DNA of 64,000 nt, from positions 224,001 through 288,000 of the forward strand of contig CAWBCT010000005.1 in NCBI GenBank assembly GCA_963787445.1, written 5' to 3'. Made by a program: the position numbers and the translations under genes. Within the stretch, counting starts at the first letter, position 1. Each line of letters opens with the position of its first letter. The notes below the pieces were generated by a model. The model did not search any database. It saw only the letters and a program-made list of their open reading frames with translations, and had not been told where the DNA came from. Below, piece by piece: positions 27,095-35,763 of this stretch. This stretch comes from an uncultured archaeon. Lineage in GTDB: Archaea; Micrarchaeota; Micrarchaeia; Micrarchaeales; CABMGC01.

Positions 27095-28336
27095 TTACTC
27101 GCCCTTACCGCCGGAGCCCTTCCCAACCGAGAGCCTTACGCCATCGTCGGGATCGCGGGTTATGGTTATGTCCAGGCTCTCGCTCCCGAGCATGTGGCGG
27201 AGCTCCTCGTAGGTGTAGGAGCCGATGTCGCGCTCCGGCTCGCCCTTGTCCTCCTTGTTCTTCAGAACCTCGGCACGGCGTTCCATCAGCTTGCTCTTCT
27301 CTATCGTCTTGTAGGTTATGCTGAGCTTCGGCTTGTCCGCGCCATATATGTCGTCTATTCCAAGCTCTATCGGCTTGTATCCCTCGCTCTGGTATATGAA
27401 TGGAAGCACTGCGTTGAACTCCGACTGGATGTCAGACACAGCCCTTGCAACGGTCTTGCCATCGCCGGCTATGACGAAGTCGTCGCCGTTTAGGAAGCCG
27501 ACAAAGACATTGCTCTCCTCCTGCTTGGGCTGCAGCTCGCTGACATTGTCCTGGAGCAGCTGCGACACCAAGCGCAAGACGGTTATGCCGGAGAAGTTGC
27601 CATACTTTTCTGCAAAACGGGCAAGGCCTTCCACTTGAACCTTTCCAATCTCATAGTCTTTCTCCTTGGCCTTCAACGCCTTTTCAACCGCATCTGAGAT
27701 CTTCTCTTCGTTCGGCAGATCAATGAGAGGGTCGAACTTCTTCCCCTTCTTCTTCAGGAAGATTGTTACCAGGCTGCGGAGTTCAGATGGCTCGAACGGC
27801 TTCTTTATGTAGTAGTCTGCACCGTATTTTATTCCCTTGAAGCGGTTAGAGGTTGCGTCCATCGCGCTTACTATGATTACAACTGTGTCCTTGAGCGCGG
27901 GGTCCTTCTTTATCTTTTGGCAGATCTCTAGGCCGTCCACCCCCGGAAGCATAAGGTCAAGGACGATAAGGTCGGGCTTCTCGAAGCGTATCTTGCGGAG
28001 GGCCTCCCCGCCGTCGTATACCTGTGTTATGTCAAATTCTTTCCCTATCGAGCGCGCCATGAGCAGGTTGATGTTCTTCTCGTCTTCTACTATCATTATC
28101 CTGCGGAGCGCCTGCTTTTCCTGAAGCATGTAGTATGTGCGCAGTCCGCCGCTGCTGCGCGAGGCTATGGCGGTTGCCTTCTCCAGCTCCTTGAGGCTCT
28201 TGTCAAGAATCTCAGGGCTTATCTCTGATGATGATGCGAAGACCTTGAGCTCGTTGTAGGTGATCTCCTGCCGGTCGTTGAGGGCCGAGAGGATGTCTGA
28301 CTCGGCGTCTTCTAAGCTTTTCATGCCAATCGCCAT
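27095..28336 (-). CDS. Response regulator: wHTH-like N-terminus, REC domain and degenerate GGDEF-like domain
   Basis: REC: IMIVEDE, DLIVLDLMLP, VSA, KKPF; then FDPLIDLPN...KYGNFSG...VGFLNGDDF. Confidence 0.85.
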   Translation of the reverse strand: MAIGMKSLEDAESDILSALNDRQEITYNELKVFASSSEISPEILDKSLKELEKATAIASRSSGGLRTYYMLQEKQALRRIMIVEDEKNINLLMARSIGKEFDITQVYDGGEALRKIRFEKPDLIVLDLMLPGVDGLEICQKIKKDPALKDTVVIIVSAMDATSNRFKGIKYGADYYIKKPFEPSELRSLVTIFLKKKGKKFDPLIDLPNEEKISDAVEKALKAKEKDYEIGKVQVEGLARFAEKYGNFSGITVLRLVSQLLQDNVSELQPKQEESNVFVGFLNGDDFVIAGDGKTVARAVSDIQSEFNAVLPFIYQSEGYKPIELGIDDIYGADKPKLSITYKTIEKSKLMERRAEVLKNKEDKGEPERDIGSYTYEELRHMLGSESLDITITRDPDDGVRLSVGKGSGGKGE

Positions 28337-28473
28337 ATCCAGTATGAAAGCAAAGGATATATTCCTTTTGAGGATTTTGTGCTACGCTTGTAAGCGGCGG
28401 GGGATTTTGGGGGTGAAAAAGCGTAACCGCAATCATAGCAAACTTTTTAAGCTCTTCATGATATAACCTTAGC

Positions 28474-29511
28474 ATGGCAGTAACTGAGATGCATCCAATT
28501 CACAGGCATCGCCGCAGGCACCGGGGCGTTTACGTACTCGGAGTGATACTCATACTTCTATTCATAGGAATCGCATGGATAGCGCTCGTTGGCACCGGGC
28601 CTGCAAAGCTTACTTCAGGAACAACATTCAACCTTGGTGTCGGCAGCGTGGCAAGCTACACGCTTCAGAACAACAGCAAGAGCTTCGCGATATACCTGCA
28701 CAACAGCTCGGCGGGATACGCAGGGATTGACGTAGCGATGTACCCTGTGCTGGCCAACCCGACAGTGGCCATCTACGCGGCAAACGGTTCTGCATACAAC
28801 ATAAGCACATTCGGCCAGGGCAACGCGGATGTGAATATTAGGATAGTGAGCAGCAACGCCACCTCTGCAAGGCTGCAGCTTACGCCGATACCTGTCGGCT
28901 TGAGCTTTGGAGTCAGCCCTGGCGTCATGGTACTTCAGCCTAGCCCCATTCCAACAGGCCTACAAACGGTTACCACAGTAGCTTCGAGCGGGGCAACAAC
29001 AGTGAGCACAACCATAAAGGCAACAACCACCGTTGCTTCGGGAAGTGGCTCTACAACGACCGTTGCACCAACGACTACAGTTGTTGCAGGAGTGCCAGCT
29101 TCCATATACAGTACAATCAATGCAAGCTACCTGGGGTCATTGATGGTGAAGCTCAACAAGCTCTACATCGCAGGGCAGGCATGCACTCCGCCGCTTTACA
29201 ACCAGACCATGCTTCAGATTGGACAGCCGGTCGTGATTGGCAATGATTTCGCAAATGTCACGCTCTTCACACCAAAGTACGTAACGCTAACGGCAACGGA
29301 TGTGTCCTCTGGATACGAGGCAATATACAACATAACAACGCCTTCATCGCAGACCTCCGGAGTCATCCTTACTTTCGGGATAACATCGCTTGGCACAATA
29401 AGCAATGTGACATTCAAGGGATTGTGGACGGGAGTGAACTACACCCAGCTCGCTACTGGCTACCAGACCCAAAGCGTTGTAACCAATGCCTGCGCAGCCT
29501 ACATCCCGTAG
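28474..29511 (+). CDS. Membrane-anchored surface protein with Thr-rich linker
   Basis: His/Arg-rich N-terminus, one TM helix, TTVASSGATTVSTTIKATTTVASG linker, many N-x-S/T sequons. Confidence 0.75.
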   Translation: MAVTEMHPIHRHRRRHRGVYVLGVILILLFIGIAWIALVGTGPAKLTSGTTFNLGVGSVASYTLQNNSKSFAIYLHNSSAGYAGIDVAMYPVLANPTVAIYAANGSAYNISTFGQGNADVNIRIVSSNATSARLQLTPIPVGLSFGVSPGVMVLQPSPIPTGLQTVTTVASSGATTVSTTIKATTTVASGSGSTTTVAPTTTVVAGVPASIYSTINASYLGSLMVKLNKLYIAGQACTPPLYNQTMLQIGQPVVIGNDFANVTLFTPKYVTLTATDVSSGYEAIYNITTPSSQTSGVILTFGITSLGTISNVTFKGLWTGVNYTQLATGYQTQSVVTNACAAYIP

Positions 29512-29593
29512 CATCGTTGCGGGGTTACGGGGTTCTAGACGGAGTGCACAGCAACAATTTTAAGCTTGCTATGGTAGATTATACTGTGCTTGA

Positions 29594-30373
29594 ATGAGGA
29601 CATTAGGCGTATTTGCATTTGCGCTATTATCTCTGCTGCTCGTCTCCAACGCCTATGCCTATTACAACATAACCTACACCAACACGACAGTGATACTTAA
29701 CAACAACCAGAGCGCGCACGTCATAGAGCAGTTCTCTCTGTTTGTCAGCAACGCGTCGCTTTCTCAGTACGCCAGCAACAGGAATGCAGTAGGGGTCAGC
29801 CTTAGCTACTGGCAGAAGATAATCTACACGAGCACGCTGCAGGAGCACATCGTAAGCAGCGCGCACAGCATATACGGCTTTGAGTTCCTTCCGGGCCCCC
29901 TGGTCACGATCGGGAACAACGGCTCCGCGGTTCTGACGATGAACTATTATATAAACAACATAACAAGCGTGATGAACACCGCGCCGCGCAAGTTCGAGTA
30001 CTCGTTCAACAATACCTTCTTCAACTTCGAGAACACAGCAAACGGCCAGACGCTGCCGTACAACACAAGGCTCAACCTAATAGTGTCAAAGGGCGATCAG
30101 GTGGTGACGCTTTATCCTCTTCCTGATAGCCCGGGCGCCGGCTTCGCAGGAAACTATACGAACGTCACGGAGTTCTCCTGGTACTCAGGGGAGCCACTCT
30201 CAAGCTTTTCGTTCAGCTACATAACAACGCAGTCGTTGCAGAACGAGGTGGTGAGTTACTTCACAGGCATCTATACTAACTACACCACGCTGGTGTACAT
30301 TGCGGTACTGGCAATAATCGTCTTCGTGGGAGTGTACATATACCGCAAGACGATTTTCCAGAACCTAACGTAG
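29594..30373 (+). CDS. Secreted protein with C-terminal TM anchor (putative surface glycoprotein)
   Basis: Signal peptide ending NAYA; many N-x-S/T sequons; C-terminal TM followed by YRK. Confidence 0.75.
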   Translation: MRTLGVFAFALLSLLLVSNAYAYYNITYTNTTVILNNNQSAHVIEQFSLFVSNASLSQYASNRNAVGVSLSYWQKIIYTSTLQEHIVSSAHSIYGFEFLPGPLVTIGNNGSAVLTMNYYINNITSVMNTAPRKFEYSFNNTFFNFENTANGQTLPYNTRLNLIVSKGDQVVTLYPLPDSPGAGFAGNYTNVTEFSWYSGEPLSSFSFSYITTQSLQNEVVSYFTGIYTNYTTLVYIAVLAIIVFVGVYIYRKTIFQNLT

Positions 30374-30389
30374 GGATGCGGTCTTCGAA

Positions 30390-33191
30390 TTAGCTTCTTC
30401 CGTGTTCTGACAAGAATGCAAGATACCTACCAATAACAGAAGGGGGAGCTGAGGGCTTCGAGTTCTTTATTATCTTCAATATGTCAGCGGTGCTTATCGG
30501 CTTTGCTGATGGCGCGGTCGGATCGTCGCTCGCCTTTTCGTCTATTGAGTTCTCAAGCGCCTGGGTCTTCGCCTCCCTGCAGATGTTCGCGATGTCTGCG
30601 CCGGTGTAGTTCTCAGTGACAGCAGCAATCTTCGAGTAGTCCAGATCCTGGTCGACAGGGCACTTGGTCAAATTGAGCTTGAAGAGCTGCAGGCGGGCAT
30701 CCTTGTCAGGCGGCCCTGCATAGATCAGCTTGTCCATCCTGCCCGGTCTTATCACCGCGCTGTCTATCGCGTCGGGCCTGTTGGTCGATCCGACTATGAC
30801 CACGCCCTGGCTCTGCTTTGCCGCGTCGAAGGCGCGCAGGAACTCGGCGGTGAGCTGCACCATCCCCTCACTCGAGTTCTCCCTGCTGGGGACAAGCGAG
30901 TCGATCTCGTCTATGAATAGTATGGAGGGGGTGTTTTCCTTCGCCCTGAAGAAGCTCTCCTTCAGCTTCGTGAGCGCGGTCTCGTAGCCTTCCTTCACCA
31001 GGTCTGCGCCGGAGACGCTGATCAGGGTAAGACCCTCTATGGTGTTCGCAACAGCGTTTATCAGCATGGTCTTGCCCGTTCCCGGAGGGCCGAAGAGGAG
31101 TATTCCGCTTATGCCATGGATATCGTACTCTTTCATCAGCTCGGGATGGGTCAGCGGGATGGTTATCGCCTCGTGGAGCGCCTTCTTTGCATCGCTGAGT
31201 CCCACTACTGCATCAAGGTTGAACGGCTTGTCCTGCACCTCTGCCGGCTCTCCGTTGAGCCTGCGCTCGTAGTCCAGCCTGAAGGTCTCGTACTCCTCGA
31301 GCTGAGCGTACGAGGTTGAGGGCTTTGTCGCCTTTATCACCGGAAGGAGGTCGTCTATGTCTATCTTGAGCACGTGCGAGTGCTTTATCGCCTCTGCGCT
31401 GACCTTTGTTGCGGTCTCCCTGCAGATGTTCGCGATGTCTGCGCCGGAGAACCTGGTTGTGAGGTTTGCCAGTTTGTCGTAATCTATGTCAGAGCTCAGC
31501 GGGTACACCTTGGCGTAGTGCTTGAAGATCGCCACCCTGCCTGCCTCATCGGGCAGCGGCATGTAGATCACGCGGTCAAACCTGCCGGGCCTCATTATGC
31601 TGGGGTCGATGAGGTTCGGCACGTTCGTCGCGCCGACTATCACTACCCCCTCTATCTTCTGGAAGCCGTCCATCTCGGAGAGGAGGGTTGAGAGCAGCTG
31701 CACGCCTCCCTCGCTGTTTGAGGCGTCGCGCCGCCTCGCTATGCCGTCCAGTTCGTCGAAGAAGAGCAGGGCAGGGGGATGGGCCCGGGCTGTGGTGAAT
31801 ATCTTGGAGAGCATCTGCGAGCTCTCGCCGTAGGCCGATGAGAGGATTGAGGAGGACTTTACGTAGAAGAAGCGGGCGCGGATCTCGTTGGAGAGGGCGC
31901 GCATCATGAGCGTCTTGCCCGTTCCCGGGGGCCCGAAGAGTAGGATCCCCTTGGTCGGCTTTATGTTGTAGGCGCCTGCGACCCCCTTGTGCTCTATGGG
32001 CGCGAGGATCGCCTCGCGGAGCTCCTCCTTTGTCTGCTCGTAGTTGCCTATGTCGTCCAGGGTCTCGTGGGTGCCGGAGGTGAGGTCCTCAAACGCATCG
32101 CCGAAGGTGCTGATGAAGTCCTGCTTCATCACGTCCAGCGCGCGGACTATGTCTATGCCGTTTATCTCAAGCAGGAAGAGCGCAAGGGGCGTTATCACGA
32201 AGCCGAGCACCACGTAGTTGCTGAACGCCTGGCCGGTGAGCAGGGTCAGCCCGAAGTACACCCCCAGTATTATGAACGAGAGGAGGCTGGCGCCGGAGCC
32301 CTTGAACCCGGAGCGGCTCTTTATCGCGAAGCTCACCATCGCGAAGACGGTCACGAGCCAGACGGCCAGCTGCACCGCGACGGTTGTGAGGTTGAGGGTG
32401 AGGGCAAGGGCGCAGAGGTAAAGCAAGTAAGGGATCTGGGCGGGCAGGGAGAGGAAGCTGATGAACGACTGGCCAAACGCGGAGGGGAGCGCGCCCAGGG
32501 CTGGAACCGCCTTGAAGCCCGAGAGGTATGGGGAGAGGGTCGAGGCCCCGACTATCTTGGCGAAGCCGGCGACGTTGTAGGCTATCGGCGCAGCCAGGGG
32601 GAGGTTTGTGAGGGTTGCAAGGACCGGGAGCACGACTATCGCCACGGCGACCGCCAGGGCACCGCGCTTCAGGCCTATATACAGTATGCCTATCACGAGC
32701 GCGGGTATCTCAAGGAAGAAGCCGAGGAAGGAGAAGGGCAGGGCTATCAGCGCGAAGGCGAGGGTGATGAAGCGGTAGTGCTTGTAGCCGAAAACCAGGG
32801 AGAAGGTGAGGAACAGCACGTAGAGCAGCGCGAGCAGCGGGGCCTGGAAGATGAGCGGAGGCAGTGAGATGAACAGCAGGGCCATCAGGCCGGCGAGCGG
32901 GTGGAAGCGGGTAAGCAGGAAGGCGATGACTGCCAGGACTATTATTACATAAATAGGATAGAACGGGAAGGCGATGCAGACGCTTACGAGCGCGAAGAGG
33001 ACGAGGATCGAGTCGGGAAAGTACTTGTTGCTGGCGAACTCCTTGAGGGTCTCCTTCAGCCAGTAATAGGTGAGGGGGGTTGAGATTGCCTGCTTTCTTC
33101 TCTTGGTCAGCTCCTCATCGCTGGGTGCTTTTTGCCCTTTCTTCTGCACTGCGGCCTTGGCGCTCCCGCCAGAAGCTGGTTTTCCGGGCAT
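30390..33191 (-). CDS. Polytopic membrane protein fused to tandem CDC48-like AAA+ domains
   Basis: About 300 aa of TM helices, then two AAA modules (GPPGTGKT twice; FFDELD and FIDEID; RPGRFD and RPGRMD). Start set at MPGKP because the upstream part of the ORF overlaps tRNA-Tyr. Confidence 0.88.
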   Translation of the reverse strand: MPGKPASGGSAKAAVQKKGQKAPSDEELTKRRKQAISTPLTYYWLKETLKEFASNKYFPDSILVLFALVSVCIAFPFYPIYVIIVLAVIAFLLTRFHPLAGLMALLFISLPPLIFQAPLLALLYVLFLTFSLVFGYKHYRFITLAFALIALPFSFLGFFLEIPALVIGILYIGLKRGALAVAVAIVVLPVLATLTNLPLAAPIAYNVAGFAKIVGASTLSPYLSGFKAVPALGALPSAFGQSFISFLSLPAQIPYLLYLCALALTLNLTTVAVQLAVWLVTVFAMVSFAIKSRSGFKGSGASLLSFIILGVYFGLTLLTGQAFSNYVVLGFVITPLALFLLEINGIDIVRALDVMKQDFISTFGDAFEDLTSGTHETLDDIGNYEQTKEELREAILAPIEHKGVAGAYNIKPTKGILLFGPPGTGKTLMMRALSNEIRARFFYVKSSSILSSAYGESSQMLSKIFTTARAHPPALLFFDELDGIARRRDASNSEGGVQLLSTLLSEMDGFQKIEGVVIVGATNVPNLIDPSIMRPGRFDRVIYMPLPDEAGRVAIFKHYAKVYPLSSDIDYDKLANLTTRFSGADIANICRETATKVSAEAIKHSHVLKIDIDDLLPVIKATKPSTSYAQLEEYETFRLDYERRLNGEPAEVQDKPFNLDAVVGLSDAKKALHEAITIPLTHPELMKEYDIHGISGILLFGPPGTGKTMLINAVANTIEGLTLISVSGADLVKEGYETALTKLKESFFRAKENTPSILFIDEIDSLVPSRENSSEGMVQLTAEFLRAFDAAKQSQGVVIVGSTNRPDAIDSAVIRPGRMDKLIYAGPPDKDARLQLFKLNLTKCPVDQDLDYSKIAAVTENYTGADIANICREAKTQALENSIDEKASDDPTAPSAKPISTADILKIIKNSKPSAPPSVIGRYLAFLSEHGRS

Positions 33192-33213
33192 AATTTTTAT
33201 AGGTAACATATCC

Positions 33214-33224
33214 TTATATATAAA
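33214..33224. promoter_or_regulatory. Putative bidirectional TATA element between the AAA gene and tRNA-Tyr
   Basis: TTATATATAAA lies about 25-35 nt from both the minus-strand ATG (33191) and the tRNA 5' end (33251). Confidence 0.5.
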
Positions 33225-33250
33225 TGTTTTGAGTAGAATATCGACATAAA

Positions 33251-33356
33251 CCCGCTGTAGCTCAATGGCAGAGCGATCGACTGTAGTCTGTGAAGCTTCT
33301 TGCAGTTTTTCAAGAAGGATATCGATAGGTTGGGAGTTCAACTCTCCCCAGCGGGA
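33251..33356 (+). tRNA. tRNA-Tyr(GTA) with a 34-nt intron at 37/38 (33287-33320)
   Basis: Acceptor CCCGCTG/CAGCGGG+A; D-arm GCTC-AATGGCA-GAGC; anticodon stem ATCGA/TCGAT with CT-GTA-G; T-arm GGGAG-TTCAACT-CTCCC. Confidence 0.92.
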
Positions 33357-33373
33357 GACATAAAAACTAGTTT

Positions 33374-34054
33374 TCAGGAGCCGAAGCGCTTCTTGAGCAT
33401 CAGGAGACCTATGTTCACACCATAGCCCAGCTTCGACTTCGCCAGCTTCGAGACTCCGTGCCCCCTTTCGTAATATTCTATGCCTATCTCGCGCACATCG
33501 TAGCCGCGCTTGGCCAGCTCAATGGCAAACATCCCGCTGCCGGCGCGGTAGGCGGCCACGTCGCGCATGTCGTTGAACGCCTGCCTCGTCATCACAAAGA
33601 GCCCGGTGAGTATGTCGTGCATGCGCGCGCCGTAAAGCATGCTGAAGATTCCGCTGATAGCCGCGTTGCCGAACTTCAGGTAGGGTGACATCGACCCTTC
33701 CTGCAGGCCCGCAAGCCTGTTGCCCATCACCAGGTCAGCCTTCCCTGATTTAACCAGCCTGACTGCTTCTGTCAATCCCTCCAGCTCGTGGGTGTCATCC
33801 GCATCTATGCTCATCAGGATCCTGCCCCTGGCGCTGCGGAAGCCCAGCATCAGCGCGTTCTCCACCCCGCGGTCCTTCTGCCGCAGTATCGTCACGCCGG
33901 TCGCCTTGAGCCTCCGGTAGTAGGCCTCGCCGCTCTTGTCAACAATTATTATCTCAAGACCCTTGCCGAACATCGTCCTCAGCCTGCCTATCATCTTGAA
34001 AAGGCTCTCCTCCTCTATGTTTGGGATCACGATGCTTAACTCTGGAGATGGCAT
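33374..34054 (-). CDS. GT2 glycosyltransferase (DPM1-like)
   Basis: SIVIPN.EE, IIVD, IDADDTH, DLVMGNR, EIGIEYYERGHGVSKL. Confidence 0.88.
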   Translation of the reverse strand: MPSPELSIVIPNIEEESLFKMIGRLRTMFGKGLEIIIVDKSGEAYYRRLKATGVTILRQKDRGVENALMLGFRSARGRILMSIDADDTHELEGLTEAVRLVKSGKADLVMGNRLAGLQEGSMSPYLKFGNAAISGIFSMLYGARMHDILTGLFVMTRQAFNDMRDVAAYRAGSGMFAIELAKRGYDVREIGIEYYERGHGVSKLAKSKLGYGVNIGLLMLKKRFGS

Positions 34055-34100
34055 TTAATCACTGATACATGGTTGCATTCTTTTTTATACGTTGCCGAAC

Positions 34101-34661
34101 CTACGGAAGTTGGGACTTGAGTGATTGGGCGAACTCCTCGAGGCGTGTCCCGACCAGGACCGCGTTTGCACCTCCCTTTATGTCCTTGACGGTGCTTAGA
34201 TAGCTCGCCTGGCAGAGCCACCCGCCCCAGATCTTCCTCGCCTCCTCAAAGAACTCCTCCTTGGGAAAGCCCGTGTCGATGTTTCTCTCGTTCCAGACCG
34301 CCTTGGTGTCTCGCGGGAGCTCGCTAAGCTGCTGGAGGGTGTTCGGCTCTATCATCAGCATATCAGGATAAATCTGCGGAACCCTTCCCACCACAAGAAC
34401 GTAGTCTGCGCCCGCCTTCACCGCCCGTATTATCTCGCTGTCGTACTGGTGGATGCCCTTGGCGAGTATCGGCTTGTTTGTCATGCCCTTTGCCTTGCTT
34501 ATCAGGTCAAAGGAGCCCTCCCATCTCGGGTCGGTATGCACGGAGATGATATCGCCTACCTTGTTCGCAATCTCGAATAGCTCCTCCCAGCTCTTTTCGG
34601 AGTGGTATCCGTAGGGCGAGGCGGTCTTGACCTCCGCGATTATGGTTATCCTGCCGTACAT
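34101..34661 (-). CDS. Short indole-3-glycerol-phosphate synthase (TrpC)-like TIM-barrel protein
   Basis: IIAEVKTASP, ISVHTD, PILAKG, AGADYVL, NERNI, AVLVGT; only 186 aa. Confidence 0.7.
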   Translation of the reverse strand: MYGRITIIAEVKTASPYGYHSEKSWEELFEIANKVGDIISVHTDPRWEGSFDLISKAKGMTNKPILAKGIHQYDSEIIRAVKAGADYVLVVGRVPQIYPDMLMIEPNTLQQLSELPRDTKAVWNERNIDTGFPKEEFFEEARKIWGGWLCQASYLSTVKDIKGGANAVLVGTRLEEFAQSLKSQLP

Positions 34662-34670
34662 AAGCGTGAT

Positions 34671-34838
34671 TTACTCTTGGGGGATCGAGTATCGGTTTGC
34701 TCCGCCCCCTCTGTGCTCCTTTCTTTCAGCGCAGGTGCATCCGCAGGAGCAGTTGACTTTGCATTTGCAGCCGCCGTAGCAGCCACAGCTGCATCCGCCG
34801 CCGCATTCGCAACCTCCGCCTCCACCTTGATTTGCCAT
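34671..34838 (-). CDS. Cys-rich metallothionein-like microprotein (55 aa, 11 Cys); absent from the ORF track
   Basis: Manual translation MANQGGGGGCECGGGCSCGCYGGCKCKVNCSCGCTCAERKEHRGGGANRYSIPQE*; fills the gap between two co-oriented genes; GGGG upstream of the ATG. Confidence 0.75.
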   Translation of the reverse strand: MANQGGGGGCECGGGCSCGCYGGCKCKVNCSCGCTCAERKEHRGGGANRYSIPQE

Positions 34839-34886
34839 CTTATCCCCTACAATAATACCAGGTTAGTCTTTTTCAGGCTTTCGGAT

Positions 34887-35750
34887 TCACTCGGTTTTCG
34901 CGTGGATTATCCCCACATACATTGCGGCTCCGCTTTTGTAGTAGACCTTTCGGGGCCTTGTATGGGTGACCCTGAAACCCGCGTCGGTTAGCTTCTTCTC
35001 AAGGTCAAGGTAGCCGTAGTGATATTCTATCATCATCGAGTCGAATCGTTTCAGCACGCTTGCTTCCGAATTCAGTAGCGCCTGGTACTCGTAACCTTCG
35101 CAGTCCATCTTCAGGACCAGGCCTTTTCTGCTGCCCGCAATGCTTTTCAGGCTCAACAGTTCAATCCTTTTCCCGCCTTTCTTGTACTCGACGGCATTGC
35201 CGCCGAAGAAGCTTTTGGATTCATCGACGGACATTACGGAGTCCCTGACGGCTATCCCTTTGTTGTACAGGCTTACCCTGCGGCCCAGATTGTTCAATTT
35301 GATGTTCTTTTTGGCCACGCCGTAGGAGTAGGGATGTGGCTCATAGGCATCGACGTGCCTTGCCCCGTTTAGGGCGAAGTATATCGCCGTGTCGCCTATG
35401 TTTGCGCCTATGTCTATCACGTCCTTGCCATGAACATCAAGCCCGGCATACTCGCCGCCGCGCATGAAGATCTCGCTTATCGCATAATAGGTGCTTTGGA
35501 GCTGGTTCTGCGAGTCAACATGGAATTTGATGCTGTGGTTTTTGAACCTGACAAGAACGGTTTTGCCGCTTATCTTTATTCCTGGATGCTCCCTGAGCCT
35601 GAGGGTGGTTTGTTTTGCCAGCCCCAGCCTCCCGAACACTATGTCATACCAGTTCTGATACGCCCACATCAGGTTTTTTAGGTCCCCTAGCTTGTTGAAG
35701 GGCGCAAATAGGCCATCCAACTGGGAGATGTTCGGCTGCGGATTTGCCAT
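34887..35750 (-). CDS. FkbM-family SAM methyltransferase
   Basis: VIDIGANIGD, AYEP, LKMDCEGYE, IEYH. Confidence 0.9.
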   Translation of the reverse strand: MANPQPNISQLDGLFAPFNKLGDLKNLMWAYQNWYDIVFGRLGLAKQTTLRLREHPGIKISGKTVLVRFKNHSIKFHVDSQNQLQSTYYAISEIFMRGGEYAGLDVHGKDVIDIGANIGDTAIYFALNGARHVDAYEPHPYSYGVAKKNIKLNNLGRRVSLYNKGIAVRDSVMSVDESKSFFGGNAVEYKKGGKRIELLSLKSIAGSRKGLVLKMDCEGYEYQALLNSEASVLKRFDSMMIEYHYGYLDLEKKLTDAGFRVTHTRPRKVYYKSGAAMYVGIIHAKTE

Positions 35751-35763
35751 GCTATCCCATCAA

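Noticed and set aside
28960-29090. ACA/ACC-rich repetitive stretch
   Set aside because: Encodes a Thr-rich linker, not a CRISPR or DNA repeat.
33192-33341. N-terminal extension of the 983-aa AAA ORF
   Set aside because: Runs antisense through tRNA-Tyr and its promoter; the real start is likely 33191.
34602-34991. Ala-rich plus-strand ORF (129 aa)
   Set aside because: Antisense shadow of the Cys-rich peptide (TGC reads as GCA) and overlaps two real genes.
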